From contig NC_052175.1 of assembly GCF_902713615.1 (NCBI RefSeq), forward strand, positions 9,713,271 to 9,777,270: a DNA stretch of 64,000 nucleotides, written 5' to 3'. Origin of the DNA: Scyliorhinus canicula (Eukaryota). The translations under genes and the position numbers were made by a program. Shown piece after piece: positions 12,650-25,479 of the stretch (position 1 is the stretch's first letter; each line of letters opens with the position of its first letter). The notes under the pieces are model-generated. The model saw only the letters and a list, made by a program, of their open reading frames with translations, made no database searches and was not told where the DNA came from.

Positions 12650-14553
12650 ACATAAGAACATAAGAACATAAGAACTAGGAGGAGGAGTAGGCCATCTAGC
12701 CCCTCGAGCCTGCTCCGCCATTCAATTAGATCATGGCTGATCTTTTGTGGACTCAGCTCCACTTTCCGGCCCGAACACCATAACCCTTAATCCCTTTATT
12801 CTTCAAAAAACTATCTATCTTTACCTTAAAACATGTAATGACGGAGCCTCAACTGCTTCACTGGGCAAGGAATTCCATAGATTCACAACCCTTTGGGTGA
12901 AGAAGTTCCTCCTAAACTCAGTCCTAAATCTACTTCCCCTTATTTTGAGGCTATGCCCCCTAGTTCTGCTGTCACCCGCCAGTGGAAACAACCTGCCCGC
13001 ATCTATCCTATCTATTCCCTTCATAATTTTAAATGTTTCTATTAGATCCCCCCTCATCCTTCTAAATTCCAACGAGTACAGTCCCAGTCTACTCAACCTC
13101 TCCTCATAATCCAACCCCTTCAGCTCTGGGATTAACCTAGTGAATCTCCTCTGCACACCCTCCAGCGCCAGTACGTCCTTTCTAAAGTAAGGAGACCAAA
13201 ACTGACCAGAATACTCCAGGTGTGGCCGCACTAACACCTTATACAATTGCAACATAACCTCCCTAGTCTTAAACTCCATCCCTCTAGCAATGAAGGACAA
13301 AATTCCATTTGCCTTCTTAATCACCTGTTGCACTTGTAAACCAACCTTCTGTGACTCATGCACTAGCACACCCAAGTCTCTCTGAACAGCGGCATGCTTT
13401 AATATTTTATCGTTTAAATAATAATCCCGTTTGCTGTTATTCCTACCAAAATGGATAGCCTCACATTTTTCAACATTGTATTCCATCTGCCAGACCCGAG
13501 CCCATTCACTTAACCTATCCAAATCCCTCTGCAGACTTCCAGTATCCTCTGCACTTTTCGCTTTACCACTCATCTTAGTGTCATCTGCAAACTTGGACAC
13601 ATTGCCCTTGGTCCCGAACTCCAAATCATCTATGTAAATTGTGAACAATTGTGGGCCCAACACGGATCCCTGAGGGACACCACTAGCTACTGATTGCCAA
13701 CCAGAGAAACACCCATTTATCCCAACTCTTTGCTTTCTATTAATTAACCAATCCTCTATCCATGCTACTACTTTACCCTTAATGCCATGCATCTTTATCT
13801 TATGCAGCAACCTTTTGTGTGGCACCTTGTCAAAGGCTTTCTGGAAATCCAGATATACCACATCCATCGGCTCCCCGTTATCTACTGCACTGGTAATGTC
13901 CTCACAAAATTCCACTAAATTAGTTAGGCATGACCTGCCTTTAACGAACCCATGCTGCGTCTGCCCAATGGGACAATTTATATCCAGATGCCTCGCAATT
14001 TCTTCCTTGATGATAGATTCCAGCATCTTCCCTATTACCGAAGTTAAACTCACTGGCCTATAATTACCTGCTTTCTCCCTACCTCCTTTTTTAAACAGTG
14101 GCGTCACGTTTGCTAATTTCCAATCCCCCGGGACCACCCCAGAGTCTAGTGAATTTCGGTAAATTATCACTAGTGCATCTGCAATTTCCCTAGCCATCTC
14201 TTTTAGCACTCTGGGATGCAATCCATCAGGGCCAGGAGACTTGTCTACCTTTAGCCCCATTAGCTTGTCCATCACTCCCTCCTTAGTGATAACAATCCTC
14301 TCAAGGTCCTCACCTGTCATAGCCTCATTTCTATCAGTCGCTTGCATGTTATTTGTGTCTTCCACTGTGAAGACCGACCCAAAAGACCTGTTCAGTTCCT
14401 CAGCCATTTCCTCATTTCCCATTATTAAAACTCCCTTCTCATCCTCTAAAGGACCAATATTTACCTTAGCCACTTTTTTTTGTCTTATATATTTGTAAAA
14501 ACTTTTACTGTCTGTTTTTATATTCTGAGCAAGTTTACTCTCATACTCTATCT
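12650..14553 (-). mobile_element. Young 5'-truncated CR1 LINE with an open RT frame
   Basis: Open frame 12821-14553 includes KSPGPDG, NYRPVSLTS, YLDFQKAFDKV, GVPQGSVLGP and KFADD; (TTCTTATG)n tail at about 12650-12675; CTGAA occurs at both junctions. Confidence 0.95.
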
Positions 14554-15139
14554 GAAGACGGAGGAACAATGCCCCACAACTCTGAAAGGAATTTTCACAG
14601 TCGCCCTTTCTAAATTCAACTGTAAGGAGCAAGAGAGATTGCATCAAACCAAAACTTGAACAAACATTCACAAATTTTAGACGAATAACAAGTAAGAATC
14701 TTCACCAAAAACATAGGAAAGCCATTTTAAGATTTTAAATCTGAGCATTATTTGCAGTGTGCGCCAAAGACAGCATCCGAGGTGCAATTGTTATAGATGC
14801 TGCCTGACCTGGTACATTATTCCACAAGTTCTAAATTTCATATCAGATTTCCAGCTTCTGAAAAAGTGGCCTCTCTTGACTCACTCAATCGAGCCGTGAA
14901 TTAAACACTGGTGGTTTAATAAAATTACATTAAAAGTGAATTAAAATTAACCTCCGCATTTGTTACAGACTGGTGGTTTAATAAAATTACTTGCTTTACA
15001 GTAATATCTATTTCTTTAGTTCTCTACAGGCAATGAGTTAGAAGGGTTGAAGTAAAGTATATAGGGAACCGAGTAAAGAGGGAAGAAATGAAAGAAAGCA
15101 ATGGCACGGGACGGGAAGAAGGAAGGGGAAAAGGAAGAA

Positions 15140-15660
15140 GAAAGAAAGAACAAAGAACAATACAGCACAGGAACATGCCATTCGGCCCTCCAAGCCAGTA
15201 CTGGTCATGATACTAACCTTGGCCAAAACCCTACGCACTTCCTTGTCACGTATCCCTTTTTACCCATTCCATCCATGTATTTGTAGAGATACCTTTTTGA
15301 ACGCCGTGAATGTATGTGCTTCCACAACGTGGCAATGTGATCCCAGCACTCACCACCCTCTGTGTAAAAAACAAACGACCTCGCACATCTCCTCGAGACA
15401 TTGTTCCACGTACCTTAAAGCTATGCCCCCTGGTGACTGACTCCTCCACCGTAGGAAACAGTGCCTGCCCATCCACTCTATCCATACCCCTCATAATCTT
15501 GTGGATGTCGGTCAGGTCGCCCCCCGCCCCTCCCCAACCTCCGTCGTTTTAATCAAAACAGTCTGAGTCTATGCAGCCTCTCCCCGTACCTATTACTGAC
15601 AGGCCAGCCAACATCCTGGAAAACCTCCTCTGCAAACACTCCAAAGCCTCCACACCCTTC
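15140..15660 (-). mobile_element. CR1 3' fragment
   Basis: MRGMDRVD...TRGHSFKVRG...FFTQRVVSA plus a (TTCTTTG)n-type tail. Confidence 0.8.
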
Positions 15661-15749
15661 TGGTCGTGTGACGGCCAGAATTGTGGGAAATATTCCAAGG
15701 GAGGGATGGAAGGGAGGAAGAATTCTTATCCGGTGGGAAGGCAATGAAA

Positions 15750-16455
15750 GGTAGAAAGGAGGTGTGGAGGATGGAGGGAAATCAGGAATGAACGAGGGAA
15801 AGAAGGAAGGAGGTGAAGTTGTAAGAAAGATGTAAAAACGAATTGGAGATAGGTAGGACGGAATGAAGGAAGAAGTAAGGAAAGAAAAGAAGGATGAANN
15901 NNNNNNNNNNNNNNNNNNNNNNNNNNNNNNNNNNNNNNNNNNNNNNNNNNNNNNNNNNNNNNNNNNNNNNNNNNNNNNNNNNNNNNNNNNNNNNNNNNNN
16001 NNNNNNNNNNNNNNNNNNNNNNNNNNNNNNNNNNNNNNNNNNNNNNNNNNNNNNNNNNNNNNNNNNNNNNNNNNNNNNNNNNNNNNNNNNNNNNNNNNNN
16101 NNNNNNNNNNNNNNNNNNNNNNNNNNNNNNNNNNNNNNNNNNNNNNNNNNNNNNNNNNNNNNNNNNNNNNNNNNNNNNNNNNNNNNNNNNNNNNNNNNNN
16201 NGTAGGAATGCAGACAGGAGGCAAAGGTAGAATCAAATACGGGAGAGACGAGGGAGGGGAGAAAAGTGAAGAGTGCAGCAGAAATAAAATTTGGAGGAAG
16301 GATGAAAGGAACGAATAAAGAAAGCAGGAATGGAGGACTGGGAAAGGCAGGAAGGATGGAAGTAAGGTAGGAGCGAAGGGAGGGTGGGACGGAGGGAGAG
16401 AGACAGGAAGGAAGGACGGAAGGATGGAAGTAAGGAACGAAGGATGGAAGGAAGG
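15750..16455. repeat. Purine-rich (GGAA)n tract containing an assembly gap (N 15899-16201)
   Basis: Low-complexity G/A sequence flanking 303 N. Confidence 0.9.
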
Positions 16456-16457
16456 AG

Positions 16458-16765
16458 TCATAGAACATATAGTGCAGAAGGAGGCCATTTGACCCATCTA
16501 GCCTGCACAGACCACATTAAGCCCTTGCTTCCACCCTATCGCCATAACCCAATAATCCCGCCTAACTTTTTTGGACAATAAGGGTAATTTAGCAAGTACA
16601 ATCCATCAAACCTGCACGACTTTGGACTGTGGGAGGAAACGGGAGCACCCGGAGGAAACTCACACAGTCACGGGGAGAACATGCAGACTCCGCACAAGAC
16701 AGTGACACAGCTGGGCCCTGGCGCTCTGAAGCCACAGTGCTAACCACTGTGCGACCGTGCCACCC
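16458..16765 (-). mobile_element. HE1-like V-SINE
   Basis: V-core and head on the reverse strand. Confidence 0.85.
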
Positions 16766-17444
16766 ACTAAAGTCTTGGAAAGGCACACATGCAACCAAAG
16801 CATAGCTTTTCTGATTAAAAAGGAACAACCATGCAAACAACAAGAGTTTCAGAGAATATATACCTTCTGTTGATCCAAATTTATTTAAATGTCACTGCTT
16901 TCATAAATCTTTAGAAAATATTTGCTGCCTTGAAACTGTATAGTAGCCATAGGCGTTATAGATAATTTAGTGATGTAACAATCTTTTGGATGAATGCAAT
17001 CCAAATGATGTTGAAAATTATGCCACAATATAGCTCCAAGGCATTGTAGATAATAGTCCACAGATGTAATATTTGGTCAGTAACGTGTTTTGACCCGAAA
17101 GAAAGAAAGTAAATCTGCCTGGGAGTACAGAAGATTGTTGCTCAGTACCACAAATGTTTTGTTGTCAGTGCCATTTATGCCTCTCATTTTCCATCGACAG
17201 AGGAAAAGTGAGTTTGTTTAGTTCCAAACAGAGTCTGACATCCATTCATGTGGGCCGGAAAGTGGAAAGAGGTGAAGAAAGAAAGTCAGTTTGAGCAAAC
17301 ATTTCATATGTATTATGAGACAAATTGTTATATTCTTTGCTCAAATTGCCATTATATTTATTCAGATTGAACTGGTTCCAATCGGGTTGATGGCCACCTC
17401 TCCTTCAGTTTTTCCGGATTATGTTTAACTCACCCAAATGCCTC

Positions 17445-18350
17445 TAACTGGAAGGAAGGAAGACGGAAGGAAGGCAGGAAGGAAGGAAGGAGGTAAAAAG
17501 TGTTATAAGTATGGAAGGAATAAAGGAAGTCAATGGAGCACGTTGGAAAGTATGGAAGGAAGGGTGGTGAAGGCGGGACAAAGAGTAGAAAAGGATAGAA
17601 GCTGCGAAGTAATGAAGGAATTGTGGAAGCAAAAAAAAAAGAAATAACAAAGGAACTAAAGGATGTACAAAGAATTGAGGCAAGCAACGTGGGAGTAAAT
17701 TAAATATGTCAGTAAGCAGGGATGTAGGAAGGATAGATGGAAAACGCTGAAGAGAGTTGAGAAGGAAGGAGGGGTAATCAGGTGGGAGGAATAATCGTAA
17801 AAGGGAAGGGGCGAAGGCAGTGAAGAATAAGGGTCAGAAGGGCGGAGAGAAACATGGTTGGAAGGAAGGAATGAGTGAAGGAAATATTGGAGGACGAAAT
17901 CACGAAATGAGAATGGAAAACGGAGGAACGGAAGTGAAGGGAAGAATGTTTGGATCGAATTCTGAAAGGATGGAATGAAGGAGGAAAGGAAGGTAATGTG
18001 ACACGAAAGATGGAAAGACACAAGAAGGAAAGTTTGGAGGGAAGGGAGGGTGGAGGGAAGGACGTGCTATGGAGTGGTAGAAGGAAGTGGGATGGAAGCA
18101 GGAGTGGAGAATGGGAAAGAACAAGAAAGACAGATGGTAGGGAGCAGTGAAGGAGGAAAGAACGTTAGAGTATGGATTAAAGTGAATAATGAGGAAAGCA
18201 GGGAGAGGAGCTGGGAATAAGGGATTATGAGGAGGAAAGATGAAAGCAAGGAAGAAGAAGCGAATGAAGGTGTAGGTGTTTTGGAGAGAAAAAAGCGTGA
18301 AGGAAGGAGGGAAGGAAGACGTGCAAATGAAGGGAAGTATTTGAAGATGG
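17445..18350. repeat. Purine-rich (GGAA/GAA)n tract
   Basis: About 900 bp of degenerate ggaa/gaag on the plus strand. Confidence 0.9.
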
Positions 18351-18449
18351 AATTGAAGTTTGTTTTCGGAGAATAAGTACAAAATATGCTTCAAGAGCTG
18401 TAAAAGGGCTCCATCAATCCACTAAAGACAAAGGCAGAGCACCGTTGAC

Positions 18450-19655
18450 CACGCTAAATGCCAGCGAAAGATAGACAGGCTCCTTTCGTTACATTCAGTT
18501 CGGAATGGGTTAATGTGTGCCTTCGGGACAGATGAGACAGATGAGGAAGAGATGGCAGATTGGGAAGAGTTAACTGAAAGCGCGCAAATGTAGGCTATAG
18601 GAACGGAAAGCCAAAAGCAGCCGCCACGCCAGCCAAAAGGAAAGGCACCGGGAGCACCGGCCGCACCAACCCTCACAGCTGTCCCGATACCCATGAATCC
18701 GGTCACCACGGAATGAAGTATAAGGGATCAGGTAGGTCCAGATATCACCTACACCACCCCACTTTCCGTAACTCAGTTAAGGGAAGCTTTCAGTAAAATT
18801 ACTCCATTTCAGCCCACCGCAGACACGCACAGCTTATTTGAGGTGCTGCGCCAACAAAGGTCATGTCCGGATTAGGTGACAGGGATGAAGTTAAATTGAT
18901 AGTAATGAGCCTCAGACAGTTGGTAAGGTCAGCTTTGCCAGAACCCCAAAACGATGGAGGAGAAACCTGAGAGAAAATGAAGGCCGCAATATTAGATGAA
19001 TCGGATACAACAAAGGGGAACCTGTAGAGGGTCTAAACAATTAGAACATAGAACATAGAACAGTACAGCACAGAACAGGCTCTTCGGCCCTCAATGTTGT
19101 GCCGAGCCATGATCACCCTACTCAAACCCATGTATCCACCCTATACCCGTAACCCAACAACCCCTCCCTTAACCTTACTTTTTTTTAGGACACTACGGGC
19201 AATTTAGCATGGCCAATCCACCTAACCCGCACATCTTTGGACTGTGGGAGGAAACCGGAGCACCCGGAGGAAACCCACGCACACAGGGGGAGGACGTGCA
19301 GACTCCACACAGACAGTGACCCAGCCGGGAATCGAACCTGGGACCCTGGAGCTGTGAAGCATTTATGCTAACCATCATGCTACCCTGCTGCCCAGGGTAG
19401 GCAAAAGAGAGGGTAACATCCGACCGCCTTTGCTGGTCGCCAATGGATACATTTCAAGGCATTATACGGAAACTTCCATGAGGAAGACGCTACTAAATGG
19501 TCCCATTCCATAGTTTCACATGCTAACGAAACAGGTAAAAATTCTTGCGCGAAGTATGACCCGGCAGATATCACACATAATGAGATTTGTGTACATAGTA
19601 TGATGTGGGAGCTGGCTGATCCCATTGTAAACGGCAGTGACCACATCTGCAGCAA
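18450..19655 (+). mobile_element. Decayed gag-like ORF of an LTR retroelement, split by a SINE
   Basis: Manual translation gives PMNPVTT...YTTPLSVTQLREAFSKITPF...DEVKLIVMSL...SALPEPQ...KGEPVEGLN, then the SINE, then RQKRG*HPTAFAGRQWIHF...SHANETGKNSCAKYDP. The gag assignment is from recall and was not searched. Confidence 0.5.
19043..19393 (-). mobile_element. Young HE1-like V-SINE
   Basis: Near-identical to the copies at 24642 and 47665; (TTCTATG)n tail. Confidence 0.95.
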
Positions 19656-22600
19656 CTGTTGGTTGCTGGAAGAACTCCGGATGATCTGGAGTCTGAGCTA
19701 CAAACTCTGCGGCACATCCGGGAGGGGGAGAGTTACCTGGACGTTTTGCTTCAGGAGGCAGTCACACCCGGTAGATTAAGTAATTCAAATTCAGTAAGTG
19801 TTCAGGAAAAACAGGGTGCGATTGGAAGTGAGGCAGGTAGGGGGATTCGTTCAGGAGTGCAGAAGCCTCATCCCTTGACCTTGTCCAACAGATATGAGAG
19901 TCTTGCTCCCTGTGCAGATGAGGAAAAGGGCTGTGGACAGGATAAGCCAGCTGACCATGGTACCATGGTGCAAAAGGCCATTCAAGAGGGGGGAGCAAGA
20001 AGACAAGTAGTTGTTATAAGGGATTCTACAATTAGAGGGACAGATAGTATCCTTTGCAAGCCGGATATGGAGTCCCGCATGGTGTGTTGCCTACCCGGTG
20101 CCAGTGTGCGTGAGATCTCCGACAGGCTTGAAAGGATACTGGAGCTGGAGGGGGAGGATCCAGTTGTTGTGGTCCACGTTGGAACTAACAACATAGACAA
20201 GTCTAGGGTGGAGGGCCTGTTTGAGGATTATCAAGCACTTGGAAGGAAATTGAAGAACAGGTCCTCGAGGGTCATAATCTCCGGATTACTGCCCGATCCA
20301 CGTGCTAATTGGCATAGGGATAAGAAAGTTAGGAAAGTGAACACGTGGCTAAGGGATTGGTGTGAGAAAGAGGGATTCCATTTCATGGGGCATTGGCACC
20401 AGTTTTGGAACCGGGGGTATCTGTACCTTTGGGACGGTCTCCACCTGAACTGATCTGGAACCAGTGTTCTGGCGAAAAGGATAAATAGGGTGGTCAGTGG
20501 GACTAAACTTCTGAGTCGGGGCGAAGGGAAAGGGAAAGCGACAGGGAGTAGGGAGTTAAATGGAAGGATAAGCAGCAGGTTAGCATGTGTGCCGGTGGGT
20601 TTAAGTTCAAGGCAGACTAGGAATGAAGCAAAAAGGAAGGATAACGTAGGACAGCTCATGATGTCCAATTTCTCTAATAATGATAAGAAAGTCAGCATTA
20701 AGGCACTTTACCTGAATGCTCGTATCATTCGTAACAAAGTTGATGAATTAACGGCACAAATCATCGCGAATGAATATGACTTGATATCCATTACGGAGAC
20801 ATGGTTGCAGGATGGTCACAACTGGGAGTTAAATATCCAGGCGTACCAGACGTTTCGGAGGGATAGACAGGTACGTAAGGGAGGTGGAGTAGCACTAATA
20901 ATCAAGGACGACATCAGGGTGGCATTGAGGGATGATATAGGTTCTATGGAGAATGAGGTTGAATCCATTTGGGTAAAAATTAGAAATTCTAAGAAGAAAA
21001 AGACACTGATAGGCGTAGTCTATAGGCCACCAAATAAGAGCACCACACTGGGACGGGCAGTAACTGAAGAGATAACTAATGCCTGTGAAAAGGGCACAGC
21101 AGTTACCATGGGCGATTTTAATCTGCCTGTAGATTGGTCAAATCAGCTCGGTCAGGGTAGCCTTGAAGAGGAGTTCGCTGAATGTATGTGGGGTAGTTTT
21201 CTGGAACAATATGTAATGGAACCGACAAGAGAGCAAGCTATCCTAGACCTGGTCCTGTGTAATGAGGCAGGAATAATTAATGACCTTATCGTTAGGGATC
21301 CTCTTGGTAGGAGTGATCGCAGCATGGTTGAATTAAGTATATAGATGGAGAGTGTGACGATAGAATCCAATACCAGGGTCCTCTGCTTGAACAAAGGGGA
21401 CGACGATAGAATGAGGAAGGACGTCGCTAAAGTAGGCTGCAAACAAATATTGTACGGTAGAACAGCTTGAGAGCAGTGGAGTACTTTCAAAACAATCTTT
21501 CATAGTGCTCAACAAAAGTATATTCCAGTGAGAAGGAATTGTAAGAAAAGAGGTAATCTACCATGGGTGTGTAAGGAGATACATGGGGCTGTCAAATTGA
21601 AAGAGAAGGCTTACAAACTAGCCAAGATCAGCGGGAAACTAGAAGATTGGGAAACGTTAAAGGTCAGCAGAAAACCACGAAAAGAGCCATAAAGAAAAGT
21701 AAGATAAAAGACAAAAAAAATCTGGCACAGAATATAAGGACAGATAGCAAAAGTTTTTATAACTATATAAAACTAAAAAGAGTGGCTAAAGTAAACATTG
21801 GTCCGTTAGAGGATGAGAGTAGTCATTTATTTATGGGACATGATGAAATGTCGGAGTCATTGAACAAATATTTTGTATCGATCTTCACAGTGGAGGACAC
21901 GAATAACATGCCAGCAATTGACCGTGAGAAGAAGGTAGGTGAGGACCTGGAAACCATTACTATCACGAAAGAGCAAGTGTTGGGCAAGCTAATGGAGCTC
22001 AGGATAGATAAGTCTCCTGGCCCTGATGGAATGCATCCCAGGGTACTGAAAGAGATGGCTGGATTAATAGCAGATGCACTGGCGGCAATTTTCCAAAATT
22101 CGCTGAACACTGGGGCAGTACCAGAGGATTGGAAAACAGCAAATGTGACGCCACTGTTTAAAAAGGGAAGTAGACAAAAGATGGGGAATTATAGACCGGT
22201 TAGCTTAACCTCTGTCGTGGGGAAGATGCTTGATTCTATTATCAAGAAAGAGATAGGAGGGCACCTCGATAGAAATTGTCCCATTGAACGGACGCAGCGT
22301 GGATTCATGAAGGGCAGGTCATTCTTGACGAATCTCTTGGAATTCTATGAATACATTTCGAGCAAGGTAGACAAAGGGGACCCAGTGTATGTGGTGTACC
22401 TAGATTTCCAAAATGCCTTTGACAAGGTACCGCACAAAAGGATGCTGCATAAGATAAGGATGCATGGTGTTGAGGGTAGAGTACCAGCATGGATAGAGGA
22501 TTGGTTGTCTAACAGGAAACAAAGAGTGGGAATAAATGAGTGCTATTCAGGCTGGAAATCAGTGACGAGTGGTGTGCCTCAGGGATCGATGTTGGGACCA

Positions 22601-23586
22601 CAATTATTTACAATATTAGTAGACGATTTGGAGTTGGGAACTACGTGTAAGGTATTCAAGTTTGCAGATGACACGAAGGTGTGTGTTGCAGAGCAAAGTG
22701 TACTGAGGACTGTAAAACCTTACAGAGGAACATTGACACATTGAGTGAGTGGGCAAAGGAGTAGAATGTCAATAAGTGTGAAATCGTGCATTTTGGTAGG
22801 AGTAACAATAGAACAGATTATTACTTAAATGGTAAAAAGCTGCGGCATGCTGCTAAGGGACCTGGGTGTACTTGTGCATGAGTAACAGAAGGTTGGTCTG
22901 CAGGTGCAACAAGTAATTAGGAAGGCAAATTAAATGTTGTCCTTCATTGCGAAGGGGATTGAGTTTAAAAGTAGAGAGGTAATGTTGCAGTTGTGCAGTC
23001 TGCTGGTGAGGCCACACCTGGAGTACTGTGTGCAGTTTTCGTCTACACACTTGAGAAAGGATGTGCTAGCACTAGAGGGGGTGCAGAGGATGTTCTCTAG
23101 GCTGATTCCGGAGTTGAGGGGGTTACAGTATGAGGATAGGATGAGTAGATTGGGATTATATTCACTGGAATTCAGAAGGTTGAGGGGATCTAATAGAAAC
23201 ATATAAAATTTTGAAGGGAATGGATAAGATAGAAGTAGAAAGGATGTTTCCACTTGTAGGTGAAAGTAGGACAAGAGGGCATAGCCTCAAGATTAGGTGG
23301 AGCAGATTTAGGACTGAATCAAGGAGGAACTTCTTCACTCAGACTGTGGTTAAAGTATGGAATTCCCAACCAAAAGTAGTAGTAGACGCTACTTCATTGA
23401 ATATATTTAAAGATAGGGTAGCTTTTTTTTGAAAAATAAAGGAATTACGGGATATGGCGAGAATGCGGGTAAGTGGTTCAGAGACCATGAATAGATCAGC
23501 CATGATCTTATGGAATGGCGGAGCATGCTCGAAGGGCCGGACGATCTACTTCTGCTCCTACTTCTTATGCTCTTATGTTCTCATAG
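19656..23586 (+). mobile_element. Near full-length CR1 (ORF1 SGNH esterase; ORF2 APE plus RT), mutated
   Basis: ORF 19659-20453 has RDS, CCLPGA, VHVGTNN and DGLHLN; ORF 20490-21344 has YLNAR, ITETWL and GDFN (APE); ORF 21647-22744 has RT motifs to KFADD; a tail follows at about 23560-23586. Confidence 0.95.
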
Positions 23587-23597
23587 ACGTCTAGAGG

Positions 23598-24097
23598 NNN
23601 NNNNNNNNNNNNNNNNNNNNNNNNNNNNNNNNNNNNNNNNNNNNNNNNNNNNNNNNNNNNNNNNNNNNNNNNNNNNNNNNNNNNNNNNNNNNNNNNNNNN
23701 NNNNNNNNNNNNNNNNNNNNNNNNNNNNNNNNNNNNNNNNNNNNNNNNNNNNNNNNNNNNNNNNNNNNNNNNNNNNNNNNNNNNNNNNNNNNNNNNNNNN
23801 NNNNNNNNNNNNNNNNNNNNNNNNNNNNNNNNNNNNNNNNNNNNNNNNNNNNNNNNNNNNNNNNNNNNNNNNNNNNNNNNNNNNNNNNNNNNNNNNNNNN
23901 NNNNNNNNNNNNNNNNNNNNNNNNNNNNNNNNNNNNNNNNNNNNNNNNNNNNNNNNNNNNNNNNNNNNNNNNNNNNNNNNNNNNNNNNNNNNNNNNNNNN
24001 NNNNNNNNNNNNNNNNNNNNNNNNNNNNNNNNNNNNNNNNNNNNNNNNNNNNNNNNNNNNNNNNNNNNNNNNNNNNNNNNNNNNNNNNNNNNNNNNN
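23598..24097. other. Assembly gap (500 N)
   Basis: Run of N followed by (GA)n. Confidence 1.
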
Positions 24098-24409
24098 AGA
24101 AGAGAGAAAGAGAGAAAGGAGAGAGAGAGAGAGGAGAGAGATGGAGGTATAAAGAGGGGAGAGGGGAGAAATTAAGAGAGAGAGGAAGGGAAGGTATCTG
24201 CTGGGTGGAAGTTTCATTGTTAATATTGAATGACGAAACAGCAGGAATCCTGGAATAAGTAACCAGGACACATTTTCTTTCACTTTACAGAGTTTGTGAC
24301 AGTACATTTCTCCCATCTCTCTCTCTGTATCTCCACCTTTCTTCCTGATGGACTAAATTAGTGGCGGGATTAATTGTGAGAGGAAAGGTGAGTAAGGGCT
24401 CTTAGACGG

Positions 24410-24590
24410 CGGTTGCTGCTACTGATTGGCACCACAGTGTCATCAGTCCTGACAAGCGACTTCCAACGGACTCAGGAGCCCTTATTGGCTGAGGGACCGT
24501 CGGTGAGCGGCGGAACTTCTTGATTGTCTGAGGGGCTGTCAATCAGCGGTTGGAGCTCCTGATTGGCTGAGTGGCTGTCCGCCAGGTTTA
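24410..24590. promoter_or_regulatory. Cluster of CCAAT-box-like motifs
   Basis: ctgattggc (~24422), tattggctg (~24483), tgattgtc, gtcaatcag (~24538) and ctgattggctg (~24560) within 150 bp of CpG-containing sequence. Confidence 0.35.
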
Positions 24591-24641
24591 TTTCTTGATT
24601 AATTTAATCATTGATGCAAGCCGACATTTCACCGCGATCAT

Positions 24642-24970
24642 GGGGAGCACGGTAGCATGGTGGACAGCAAAAATGCTTCACAGCTCCAGGGTCCCAGGTT
24701 CGGTTCCCGGCTGGGTCACTGTCTGTGCGGAGTCTGCACGTCCTCCCCGTGTGTGCGTGGGTTTCCTCCGGGTGCTCCGGTTTCCTCCCATAGTCCAAAG
24801 ATGTGCGGGTTAGGTGGATTGGCCATGCTAAATTGCCCGTAGTGTCCTAAAATGTAAGGTTAAATGGGGGTGTTGGGTTACGGGTTTAGGGTTGATACGT
24901 GGGTTTGAGTAGGGTGATCATTGCTCGGCACAACATGAAGGGCCTGTTCTGTGCTGTACTGTTCTATATG
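24642..24970 (+). mobile_element. Young HE1-like V-SINE
   Basis: Head with B-box-like ggttcggttccc, V-core, and tail gggcctgttctgtgctgtactgttcta. Confidence 0.95.
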
Positions 24971-25479
24971 TCTGAAATATACCAGAGATTGTTATCCCTC
25001 CTCACTTACAATTATTGGGACTCACCCCGATTGGACCGTTGGCCGAACTGGGTTCCTGATGGAGTTCGACACCATGCCTGGAAATTTGGAATCGTCCATA
25101 ATCAATGGAAAAGAACAAAACAGATGTAGCACTTTCCCAGTTCATAATTCTGCGACGAACAGAGCTTGCCCAGTCGCCACAATGCCAGGGCACACCCTTC
25201 CCAGCTTATGTCATTCGTCGGGCACCCTCTTCCAGGAATACTCCATCGTTATATTCCGATCATCCCCAGATCACAATATTCACAGGAATATTCTCTCCCA
25301 GTTTGGAAACATTCCCTGAATATTTTTTTTCTCAGCAATATACCGTCTCCCACTTTGGACATTCCTCAGGGTTAATTCGTCAGAAATAAACACCCGAGAT
25401 TCGGACGTATTGCATTTGACTGAAAAAGTGGGATATTGTAAAAATAAGATGGAAGATAAATTTCCCAGGCTAAAGTTGT

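Noticed and set aside
14554-14671. N-terminal extension of the 616-aa RT ORF (MNVCSSFG...)
   Set aside because: Flanking DNA that happens to be in frame with a 5'-truncated LINE.
15553-18394. Long P/S/F-rich and X-containing ORFs
   Set aside because: Artefacts of purine tracts and N gaps.
19659-20453. Host GDSL/SGNH lipase gene
   Set aside because: It is CR1 ORF1, directly followed by APE and RT ORF2 and a LINE tail.
23510-24316. 221-aa and 241-aa ORFs
   Set aside because: Mostly the 500-N gap.
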